From: a virus
Taxonomy: Duplodnaviria > Caudoviricetes
IMG/VR virus record: IMGVR_UViG_3300014205_000004
Span: 60,497 to 124,496 of that record
Strand: one strand, 5' to 3'
DNA length: 64,000 nucleotides
The notes beneath the pieces are model-generated. The model was not told the origin of the DNA, did no database searches, and worked only from the letters and a program-made list of their open reading frames with translations. Positions 30,001-38,336 of this stretch are shown here, one piece after another. Position 1 is the first letter of the stretch, and each line of letters begins with the position of its first letter. The position numbers were made by a program, and so were the translations under genes.

Positions 30001-30973
30001 GACGGCCATCACTTCGCCCACGAACGGGAGCACGTTCACTGTCCCTAACCTGACAGTGACCTGGAGCTACGCGTCGGCCGGTGCATACGCGCAGGCGAAG
30101 TACCGCCTCCTGGTCCTGAGGACCGGGGTCGCGGTTTACGACTCGGGCCTCCTCAACGGCACAGCCACCTCCCACCAGATTCCCACCGGGTACCTGCTGC
30201 ACGGAGCCATCTACGAATTCCAGGTCACGGTGGCGGACACAAACGGCCTCGCCGCAACATCGACTCCCATCTCCGCGCTCGCGCTGTGGACGCCTCCGGT
30301 GCCGCTGGACGCGCTGACTGTGACTCCGTCCAACTCCACCGCCTCGGTGGTGCTTGAGTGGAGCCGTTCCGATCTCTCCACCGCGGACTTCGGGTACTAC
30401 GCGATTCGCCGGCAGTACACCTCAGTCGACGGTGAAGAAGTCGACGCCATCATCGCCAGGCTGACCGACCAGGAACTGCTCACCTACACCGACTACGTGT
30501 GCCCTGAAGGCGTCACCGTTACCTACAGCATGTTCCAGGTGCAGCTCGTCGGGAGTGACGAAGTGCCCAGTGGATCCCTGTCTGCTGACACCTCGTTGAC
30601 GTTCCGCGAGATGTGGATCGTCGACATGGATGACACTGACTATCGTGTCGCACTACTCGACAGTCCTTCACGCGGCTTCGACCACGTCAAAGACGAGGAA
30701 GATGTGAAATACTGGGGTAGGGCAAAACCGGTGCGTCACAAGGGAAACGCACGGTATCAGTCATTCACGATCTCCGGTCGTCTATTTGACGACGAGCGAA
30801 CAGCGTACGAAACGCTTCTCGCGATTGACAGGCGGTCGCATGTGGTCTGTTACCGAGACGGCCGGCACCGAAGGATCTTCGGTAACCTCCACCTCAACGA
30901 GACAGATGGTCTCCCCGACTCCTGGTCGGTGAACCTTCAAATCGTTGAAGCCGACTACGACGAAGAGGTTTAG
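27059..30973 (+). CDS. minor tail protein with FN3/Ig-like repeats and a C-terminal distal-tail-like region
   Basis: Repeated P.APT.LTPS...Y.W..R.......WS units; first gene after the tape measure. Confidence 0.7.
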   Translation: MTINAPTVSAPTGSIHLRPGTGFWFNITPNHTGAEQLNGVELMIASTDGSVRYTPQVSPFYRTDLALDYTQPYSALVTLPSTIPQNVNLKAWARTYSGGVWGPWGVASTALNSSNTNPSMTPSYPIGTINVTGSSYYSPFLVTVSDADSDSIAYYQLTVTGTGLSYDSGKLAVTQAAGGSITLNGPANLTAGVTYTWQVRFWDNAHNAATDADPSYSASQNFTGTFSVPPGGGGGGDTIPYLDNSYTVSPQGQQSASSTTWTTEFASRWLDNTSITAYQIQLYRIPMDQLPLLATNPGLVTPELIWDSGQTERAVASGVAFTVASPQLALNFHYRWRMSVWDTNGNQSAWTDPYEFWATTSVSENSAPNVTITNPVGNQAVYGPLALNGSFSDNYTLLNTFTHYQVEVRRYDNQAIMWRTILIRTLNVERQYKNFGIVYGSLRGDAGGGYSSALALSSGVRYEWRAQVFDDGGLGSGWSAWESFTLQPSAPNAPTSLTPSGLVGTLTPTFGGNYSNSGAGAAASVQILLYAADQTTLVWDSGLRTATGTSGTPWSVLYDGTALTPGQVLYWKARNRDEFGLYGPYSAFVNISIQSTPNAPTNLTPSTTSFAVIPNDNITFAGDHFAVSGSGMNACEVIVYQSDGTTQVWTSGTYTGVSGTRFKVPYTGPALSQGQTILWKARTRATDTSFWGPFSALQTAILNRVPQTPNSLAPSGTNVSTLTPTLTWTTQMGDSYQHTAGAVDGRRAAFHIIDVIDQATGTSFGGYPLNTAALYHDFQTALSGWTTSGGTWLAADGYLTVTVSAAHAHLYRDALIEDAWVGAFVKYDAAARSGLLLRRSAANAWVAVVYDAGTVKLIKNVAGTVSTIQSANVDITTGQRHHLGVSMSGSNYEVFLDGVSLFSATDAHNSTQTDHGLYANSTIATNFDEFVVAAASAETASHTTSTLTANKQYVWTVKSHDGYGLGVASTPASFSTNSAPTTAITSPTNGSTFTVPNLTVTWSYASAGAYAQAKYRLLVLRTGVAVYDSGLLNGTATSHQIPTGYLLHGAIYEFQVTVADTNGLAATSTPISALALWTPPVPLDALTVTPSNSTASVVLEWSRSDLSTADFGYYAIRRQYTSVDGEEVDAIIARLTDQELLTYTDYVCPEGVTVTYSMFQVQLVGSDEVPSGSLSADTSLTFREMWIVDMDDTDYRVALLDSPSRGFDHVKDEEDVKYWGRAKPVRHKGNARYQSFTISGRLFDDERTAYETLLAIDRRSHVVCYRDGRHRRIFGNLHLNETDGLPDSWSVNLQIVEADYDEEV

Positions 30974-30977
30974 GGAA

Positions 30978-31343
30978 ATGAGAATGTCGACGACCCGTTG
31001 GATGCCTGATACCTGCGCCTGCGTGCTTGAGTACACGTACGATGCCGACCTTCCTGACGACCAGCGCGAGCACACTCCGACCACCGTCACGCCCTGCGAG
31101 CGCCACGCACATGGGGAGACAGAGTTGGAGTTCCTCGCCGCGCACACCGACAACGTGGTCAAGAACAACACGCACCGTCTGCTCAAAGAAGAGTTCCCCG
31201 ACATGGAGGACAGCGACTTCGAGTGGGACTTCGACCATCCCGATGGTCAGCTCCGCTACAACGTCAAAGGCAGGACAGTCAGTGCCGCGGCGCATGCGCG
31301 CGTTACCGGCCAGGTTCCTGGTGTGGTGAGGCGTGGCAACTAG
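30978..31343 (+). CDS. hypothetical protein in the tail module
   Basis: ORF between tail genes; W.PDTC.C motif; start 30978 or 30984. Confidence 0.55.
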   Translation: MRMSTTRWMPDTCACVLEYTYDADLPDDQREHTPTTVTPCERHAHGETELEFLAAHTDNVVKNNTHRLLKEEFPDMEDSDFEWDFDHPDGQLRYNVKGRTVSAAAHARVTGQVPGVVRRGN

Positions 31344-33243
31344 GTACACCCTAGCCTCTTACCCTAATGGTGCGCTGACCGGAAACAAAACGTACTATCA
31401 GGCACTGGACGGTGGCTTCCTCTACAATGTCGGAGTTGAGGCTATCTACCAGACACGCATACGCGACACATGCACGCTGAGCCATCTGTACGTAAATGTC
31501 ACGGCAAACACCGTGTCAGCCACAAGCACCATCAGGACGCGCAAAAACGGTGCAAACGGCGGTCAGTCAGTAAGCATAGGTTCAGACGCGACAGGTCTGT
31601 TCGAAGACACTTCCAACACGGACTCTCTCGCAGACGGCGACCTGGCCTGCTACCAGGTTGTTGCTGGAGCAGACGGTGGTGGGTCGATAACTCTTGCGTT
31701 CATTTCCACACTGCTAGCACCGTCATCGACTGCCGGCATAAACAGCAGTGCGTTCGGATCCAGTTACGCTGCCAGCACAACGTACTATCGACCAATTTCG
31801 GGTGTGGCCGGAACTACGCTCACAACTGAGTCGATGGTGCGATACACCAACCATCTCGCGACCGTCCTGAGCCATTTGCGCGCGTACGTCACTACCAACT
31901 CATGCACATCCACGACTACGGTGTACGTGCGCAAAAACGGAGCCGATGGAGCGCAGAATCTGTCCATTGGCGCAAGCGCCACTGGGGCGTTTGAGGACAC
32001 GTCCAACACTGACACCATAGGCGACGGGGATGAGACTAACTACCGTATAGCAACAGGGGCCACCGGCTCTATCTACATGTACACGGTGCAAACAAAATCT
32101 AGCGTTGGTATGATTTCCGCTGGCAACAGTAGCGCCGCGGTCGTCGGAAGCGAATATAGAGGACTTGGCCTTGGCCAGTCTGCCACCCAGAGTTATGTGC
32201 AGTTAAAGGCACGTGGGCTTGTCCCTGACGTACCAAGGTTCAAGTACTTGGGTGCTGCGGTGTCCTCCAACAATCGTACAGTGTCTGTGACACTCGCTTT
32301 TCGCAAGAACGGCACTAACGCAATCAGCGTCAGCGTACCTTCCTCGACGACAGGGTACTACGAGGAGACAAGCACTCAAGTCGACGCTACCGACAACGCA
32401 GACACCTTCAATTTCGCTTCGATAGCATCTGGAGGCACCGGACAGCTGGGTGTCCGCATGTGGGCCATTACCGAAGTGCCTGGGTACACTGCCGTGTCTC
32501 AGACGTTTGCGGCGCTCACCGAAGCCATCCAGCAGACCGCGAAGACGAACGCGGTCAGCATCGAGGCAGTTCAAAACCTGGTCCTGCCGTTCGTCACGCT
32601 CATTGAAGCAGACGCTCCGGACTACATCACCCAGACTTTTCTCGTGCCGATTGAGGCGAGGCAGGGTCTCACTGCCACCCGCCTGTTGCCTTTGGAGACC
32701 ATTCCGCTACCGACCACCGGGCTCGCGCCGCTCAGGCTCCTTGAGCTTCGGGCGTTTCACGGTGACACGCCTGATACCGGATACGACATTCTCGGGTCCG
32801 GGCTGACGCTAATCTCGAACGACAACGCTGCCGTGCGATCGAATCTCCTGGACGGTATTCGCGTCCCTGAGCCTGGCGAGCCGGCCGTCTACAGCGCGGT
32901 GAAGAACCTGCGGCTCTTGCGTGCCTACGAAGAGGGCACGCTCCTCACGAACTTCAAAATGTGGTTCTCGCCGCGGAACCTCTCCTGGAACGGCGTCGAC
33001 GTCTTTGTGACTACGGGAGCGTCCTACGTCGCCCCCACCCAGGACCCCTTGCCGGGCTTCGTCAACAACGCCAGCCAGTACACCGCAGAAAACCCGCTCG
33101 TACTCAACGCGTCCGCGCTGACGTTCGAGCAGACGTTCGGAGACTGGATCCAGGTCCAACTGCGCGTGACATCCCGCGCCCGCGCCGGCCTTCCCCGGAC
33201 GTTCTACGTCTACCTGTCCTGGACTGAATGGAGGCCGAACTAG
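31333..33243 (+). CDS. tail/virion protein with three N-terminal beta-domain repeats and 14-aa stalk repeats
   Basis: Three RKNG-containing repeats; Ser/Thr/Gly-rich; IEA repeats at about 32490-32700. Confidence 0.65.
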   Translation: MATRYTLASYPNGALTGNKTYYQALDGGFLYNVGVEAIYQTRIRDTCTLSHLYVNVTANTVSATSTIRTRKNGANGGQSVSIGSDATGLFEDTSNTDSLADGDLACYQVVAGADGGGSITLAFISTLLAPSSTAGINSSAFGSSYAASTTYYRPISGVAGTTLTTESMVRYTNHLATVLSHLRAYVTTNSCTSTTTVYVRKNGADGAQNLSIGASATGAFEDTSNTDTIGDGDETNYRIATGATGSIYMYTVQTKSSVGMISAGNSSAAVVGSEYRGLGLGQSATQSYVQLKARGLVPDVPRFKYLGAAVSSNNRTVSVTLAFRKNGTNAISVSVPSSTTGYYEETSTQVDATDNADTFNFASIASGGTGQLGVRMWAITEVPGYTAVSQTFAALTEAIQQTAKTNAVSIEAVQNLVLPFVTLIEADAPDYITQTFLVPIEARQGLTATRLLPLETIPLPTTGLAPLRLLELRAFHGDTPDTGYDILGSGLTLISNDNAAVRSNLLDGIRVPEPGEPAVYSAVKNLRLLRAYEEGTLLTNFKMWFSPRNLSWNGVDVFVTTGASYVAPTQDPLPGFVNNASQYTAENPLVLNASALTFEQTFGDWIQVQLRVTSRARAGLPRTFYVYLSWTEWRPN

Positions 33244-36200
33244 ATGGCTACTGCAATGACGGGGTCCGGGGAGTTTCAACGGGCAGAATCCGGGTTCTTC
33301 AGAAGCTGCGAGTCGGGTGGTTACCTTTACTCTGCCGACGTAAACTACCCTGCGGATCTCATTAAATCCGACCTCACAACCCACCAGCGAGTAGCTGCGA
33401 TCGCCCTCCGCGACGAGAACCCGGACTATCACCACTGCTGGGACATTGTGACTGCAGGTGGGTACCTGTACTTATCCGTGCACAACGCAGACACGACTGT
33501 GCACAACATCGTCAAGGTGGACATCAGCACCTTTACGGTAGTGGACAGTTTGGCGCTTTCTAGCTCCACCTGGTTCTCCAGACTGATTGTCAACGGCACG
33601 ACGTTGTACGTGACCGCCACAAACGGCGATGACGCCGCCACTGTGTTCGAGATCGACCTGACCACGTTTACGGAGACCGACAGCCTGGTACTTGACGCCA
33701 ACGAGGCCGCTTGGGACGGTGTTTTGGTCGGGACAACCTTGTACCTGAGCACAAGACAGGCACCAGCCCGTGTAGTGCGCGTAGACACCACCACGCTGAC
33801 GCGGATAGACTCGCTCACGCTGTCTACGGGCGAAGATTACGCTTTGGATATTCTTTCAGATGGCACCGATCTATACGCCATTTGTGCTGGCGACGCAGTT
33901 TACGACCCTGTCGTCGCCGTGAAGATCAATATCGCTTCGTTCACTCGCACATCTGCGCTCACTCTAGACAGTGACGAATGGTACTTCACGTATCTTGGGT
34001 GCGCAATGCTTGACGGCGGGTTCATATATGTAGGCACTTACAACAGCAAAATCGTAAAAGTGCAGACGTCTGACATGACCAGGGTCGGCGCTCTTGCGAT
34101 GTATGGAGGTTTATCAAGCCTTACAGTCTATGGCGGCAGCATTTTCGCAGTTTGTCCGAATGTGGCACCATCACGGGTGGATGAGATACTCATATCCACG
34201 TTCACAACCACCGCGAATGCGTGGAGATTCGGTTGGGGAGATGGCTACCTAGCTCGTGGCGTGGGCGTGCTAGGTACGAACTTCTACGTATATACCGAGC
34301 AGCACTCGTTTATGGGAGGCAAGCTCCTTAAGCTCGACCAAGTCAGCCTTGCTGTGCTCGGCGAATACAGCCTTACTGAAGATATAGCATACGCATTCTG
34401 CGTGGGTCCTGATGGCTACATCTACATCACAGCAGACTGGAAGCTGCTGCGGATCGACCCGACCGACATGAGCTTGGATGCTTCTTTGACTTCCTCATAC
34501 GGCCCCATTAAGGCGCTCGCGTCAGACGGGGCAACGTACTTGTTCGGTGCCACAGATCAGGGCAACGTCGTAGCCTACTCGTTCGCGTCGTTTGTGGAAG
34601 TGAGCTCACTCGCTACTGCGGAAAGCTCCCTCCGAGGGCTGACCTATGGAGACGATGGGAATCTGTACGCATCTGCTGGCTTGAGCCCGGATAAGATTCT
34701 CAAGATAACTCCTTATCCGGCGTGGGACGGAGTCGACGACCTGGTTCTGGACACTGGAGAAAACGGAGTTGGATGGCTGGCCGCGGTTGGTGGGTACACG
34801 TACGTCAACACCAACGCAGGCGAGATTGTCAAGATAGACCAAGCCAGCATGACGCGGGTCGGAAGCTTGTCTCCGGGCGGTGGCATGAGCAGTGAGCTGC
34901 TCGTCCACGACGGATTCCTTATAACGCGGGGCAGCACCATAAATACCGTGTTCGTTGACCTCAGCACGTTCACGGTCAGCGACACAGTAGCAAGCAGCAG
35001 TCTTTTCAGCGAACCCGCAGTCCTGGCCGTTAACGCAGGCACCGACACGATCTTCATCGCAGGACCTAACTACGCGAACGGTGTGGCTTTTGCCAGGCTG
35101 GAAATGTACATAGGTACGCCGGTGTCCGCCACGTTGACTATTCCGCTCGAAGCGCTGGAGCAGAGTGTCCACAGCACGCACACCCTGCTGACTGAAGCCA
35201 AGAGCGGCCTCCGTGTGCCGTTCCTCACGCTTGGCGAGAACTGGGTGAACATTCTGCATCAGATCTCTGCGGCAGGGATCGACACGGTCCTGTACCCGAA
35301 CAACCAGGACATCGACAGCGCGATTGCCGGCGAAGGTTCGGGCGAGGTGCGGTCGCGCCCAGCGCTCTACCGAGTGGACATCCGGGGCCAGATCATTGAG
35401 GACCTCAGTGACCGCGTCATCTCAGCCACAGTGGCCGGTACGCGCTCCGAGGTAGTCAGCCGTACTGCCCAGATTGTCGTCCGGAACACTGACGGCCTCG
35501 ACCTCAAGACCGACTACCTGATGCCTGCCATGATTTGGGACATCAGCGGGATTGACGTCGTCTTCCCGTACGGCATTTTCCAGGGCAGCGTGCCTCGGAA
35601 GACCACAACGGAGAAGGACCGGCGTGTGACGCTGGTCTGCAACGACCTCTCGATTCATCTGACCGAGAAGTTTAGCTACCCGTTCACCGTCCCTGCGGGG
35701 ACGAACTACCGTGACGCCCTGGCTGCTGTCTGGCAGCTGACGAAGCTGAAGGGTAACGCGCTCAACATCCCGCCCATCAACGAAACGCTCCCCAATGCGT
35801 TCACGTGGGAGCCGCGGGGTGCGTTCGGTGTTGCTCTGAACGGCCTGCTCCAGGGCGTGAACTTCCTGCCCATCTACATCTCGAAGAATGACGGGGCCGG
35901 GCTCAGCCGGCCCCGTGAGTTCCTGCGTGACCGTGCCCCGGACGTCACGTACACGTCCGACCCTCTCGTGGACGGCACGTACCTCATCACCGGTAACTTC
36001 GATGAGGAAGACGACAACACCGAGCAGAAGAACGAAGTCATTGTCGAGGTGAATGACCCGCTGCGCGACCAGTTCTGGGAGACGTACTACATCGAGAATG
36101 CTCTCTCGCCGATCGTCATCCCCTACCGGCACGGCTTCACAGGCTTCTCGGCTACGGACTACTGGGAGGCCGCTGGTCTGACCGCGGAGTCACTGGTTGA

Positions 36201-37716
36201 TGCCGCAGACGGTACGCTCTCGTACCCGACCTTCGGCGTGCCTGGTACTGTCGCTCTCGGCGGGTGGGTGTGGTACGACCCGACCGACACTGGCCGCGTC
36301 ATGGGCGGCTTCTGGGAGACGACCGAAGCAGCGTCCTCGATCGTCTTGATGGCGAACGGCGAAGGCGGTAAGCCGGCCGTTGGCATTGTGACCAACCCCA
36401 CCAGCAACCTCGCGTCGGGTACCGTCACCGAGTGGCTGGAGAGCCCGTACTTCCCTACCGAGGGCTGGCACCGTGTTTCCGCAGTGTTCTCCGCAGGTGG
36501 GCACTCCGGGCCCAACCTTCTTTCGAATGCCGGCTTCGAGTCTGGCGACACCGCACCGGGTTCGAACTGGAACGCCAACACAGGTACTGACAGGTCGTTC
36601 TCCTTCAACGCCGACCACTCGGAAGGCGCACGGTCGTTGGAGATGACCGAAACTACGGCGTACAACACCGGCGCTATTGTCGACCAGGTCGTCTCGCTCG
36701 CTGCGGCCATTCCGGCTGGCTCGAAAATCCGGTGCAGCTTTGACCGCCGAGTTATCGCCTCTTCCAGTCACCGCTTGCTGGCTGATGTGTACGTCAAATA
36801 CCGGTACTCCGATGGCTCGGTAGGTGACTGGACGTTGCTGAAGTCGAACACGGAAAATCCACTCAGTGTCGGCTCCTTCGAGACCACTACGTTCATCTCG
36901 AACGACACGACTCTTGATGTTGTTGCACTCAAGCTCACAGTGCATATCCTCAACACCAGCAGTGCAACTACCGGCACAGTGCGCATCGACAATGTCAAAC
37001 TGTCCCTCGGTACGCGCCCGTCCCTTACCCTCTTTGTGGATGGCGTGGCTGTGGCTACGTCGATCACTCCGCAGGCGTTCCTGCACGCAGTAAACACGAA
37101 CACGTTCAAGATCGGCGGTCCTGGTACAGGCTGGGATTCTGGCACGCCTGCAGACGACGGCACGCCGGCGCGGCGCGTTCACGACTTCGGTGTGTGGTAC
37201 GGCTCAGCATCCGCAGAGACTGCTGAGAGTGCCACCCAGGAGCTCGCGCTGTACAACGGCCTCTGGCCGACGAACCAGCCGTTCTGCCTGGCCTACTGGC
37301 ACCTTGTGGCGACTGACGTGATCCCTGCTGTGGACCACACGTCGCACGGGTTCACGCTCTCACCGGTCGGCTCTCCGACCATCGAAGTCATCCAGGACTT
37401 CCTGGCAGATGTGGGCATCCGTGACCGCTTCCTTGCGATTCCTGACCCGGTCCGGTTGCCGCGTTCCCCGAATTCCGCAGCTGCTGCTGTGTCGGCCAGG
37501 ATCTTCGCTGAAGAGAACGCTTCGCAAATCAAGAAAGCGACACTCATCACTACAATTGATCCTCGAAGAGACCTCAATGAGGTTTACAGAATTCGCCTCA
37601 TCGACGCTCAAGGTGTTATAGTTACAGATGACAAGTGGGTAGTCGATGGCTGGTCTGTGGAACTTCGCGCAGGCGGTCGGATGACCCACCAGATTCGGCG
37701 GATTGAGGAGTCCTAA
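33244..37716 (+). CDS. large tail-tip protein (beta-propeller-like + hub-like + LamG-like + CBM-like regions)
   Basis: About 40-aa blade repeats in the N-terminal 620 aa; WHRVSAV...LTLFVDG LamG-like motif; NLLSNAGFE...IDNVKL CBM-like motif. Confidence 0.7.
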   Translation: MATAMTGSGEFQRAESGFFRSCESGGYLYSADVNYPADLIKSDLTTHQRVAAIALRDENPDYHHCWDIVTAGGYLYLSVHNADTTVHNIVKVDISTFTVVDSLALSSSTWFSRLIVNGTTLYVTATNGDDAATVFEIDLTTFTETDSLVLDANEAAWDGVLVGTTLYLSTRQAPARVVRVDTTTLTRIDSLTLSTGEDYALDILSDGTDLYAICAGDAVYDPVVAVKINIASFTRTSALTLDSDEWYFTYLGCAMLDGGFIYVGTYNSKIVKVQTSDMTRVGALAMYGGLSSLTVYGGSIFAVCPNVAPSRVDEILISTFTTTANAWRFGWGDGYLARGVGVLGTNFYVYTEQHSFMGGKLLKLDQVSLAVLGEYSLTEDIAYAFCVGPDGYIYITADWKLLRIDPTDMSLDASLTSSYGPIKALASDGATYLFGATDQGNVVAYSFASFVEVSSLATAESSLRGLTYGDDGNLYASAGLSPDKILKITPYPAWDGVDDLVLDTGENGVGWLAAVGGYTYVNTNAGEIVKIDQASMTRVGSLSPGGGMSSELLVHDGFLITRGSTINTVFVDLSTFTVSDTVASSSLFSEPAVLAVNAGTDTIFIAGPNYANGVAFARLEMYIGTPVSATLTIPLEALEQSVHSTHTLLTEAKSGLRVPFLTLGENWVNILHQISAAGIDTVLYPNNQDIDSAIAGEGSGEVRSRPALYRVDIRGQIIEDLSDRVISATVAGTRSEVVSRTAQIVVRNTDGLDLKTDYLMPAMIWDISGIDVVFPYGIFQGSVPRKTTTEKDRRVTLVCNDLSIHLTEKFSYPFTVPAGTNYRDALAAVWQLTKLKGNALNIPPINETLPNAFTWEPRGAFGVALNGLLQGVNFLPIYISKNDGAGLSRPREFLRDRAPDVTYTSDPLVDGTYLITGNFDEEDDNTEQKNEVIVEVNDPLRDQFWETYYIENALSPIVIPYRHGFTGFSATDYWEAAGLTAESLVDAADGTLSYPTFGVPGTVALGGWVWYDPTDTGRVMGGFWETTEAASSIVLMANGEGGKPAVGIVTNPTSNLASGTVTEWLESPYFPTEGWHRVSAVFSAGGHSGPNLLSNAGFESGDTAPGSNWNANTGTDRSFSFNADHSEGARSLEMTETTAYNTGAIVDQVVSLAAAIPAGSKIRCSFDRRVIASSSHRLLADVYVKYRYSDGSVGDWTLLKSNTENPLSVGSFETTTFISNDTTLDVVALKLTVHILNTSSATTGTVRIDNVKLSLGTRPSLTLFVDGVAVATSITPQAFLHAVNTNTFKIGGPGTGWDSGTPADDGTPARRVHDFGVWYGSASAETAESATQELALYNGLWPTNQPFCLAYWHLVATDVIPAVDHTSHGFTLSPVGSPTIEVIQDFLADVGIRDRFLAIPDPVRLPRSPNSAAAAVSARIFAEENASQIKKATLITTIDPRRDLNEVYRIRLIDAQGVIVTDDKWVVDGWSVELRAGGRMTHQIRRIEES

Positions 37717-38322
37717 CTGAGCACCGAAGACGACACTCCACACAAGTTTCTGGAGACGATGCGTGACCTGAGTACTGGCTGGGCGGACCAGTCAGCCGCT
37801 AACGCGGTGTTCTTTGAGGCACGCGTGGTGGAAGTCAATGGCTCCCTCGCCCGCATTGAAGCAGAGGGCCAGGTGAGGGCACAGTACTGCCCCACGCTCG
37901 CTCCGTACCTTCCTACCCTGGATGACCAGGTTCTTGTGGCGAACACGCCAAGTGGTGCAGTCATTCTTGGTGCAATCAATCGCACCGAAGAAGTCAGCGG
38001 CACAACCGCGGTGTATGCCCCTCTCGATTCACCAGCCTTTACCGGCTCCCCGACCGCCCCACTCGCACCTGCCGACGATGACTCAGACCGCATCGCCACG
38101 ACCGAGTTCGTGAACGACTGGGCCCAGGCCATCGTGCACGGCATCGAGTTCACCGACGGGTACATCACGTTCCCGTACGCCCGCATGGTCCCTGGGTCCG
38201 GCGGAACCTTCACGACGTTCCCGGCCGACGGTGCAGCCTTGACTGCCAAGGCTGCCCTTCAGGTGAAGATCTACTTCGGCGGGACGCTCTACACAGCCAA
38301 AATCCCCATCTACAACACGTAG
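37717..38322 (+). CDS. tail tip/fibre-associated protein
   Basis: YAPLDSPAFTGSPTAP...IATTEFV phage fibre motif; in-frame CTG at 37717 sits 6 nt after GAGGAG (alternative ATG at 37759). Confidence 0.7.
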   Translation: MSTEDDTPHKFLETMRDLSTGWADQSAANAVFFEARVVEVNGSLARIEAEGQVRAQYCPTLAPYLPTLDDQVLVANTPSGAVILGAINRTEEVSGTTAVYAPLDSPAFTGSPTAPLAPADDDSDRIATTEFVNDWAQAIVHGIEFTDGYITFPYARMVPGSGGTFTTFPADGAALTAKAALQVKIYFGGTLYTAKIPIYNT

Positions 38323-38336
38323 CTCCAGGAGAACGT

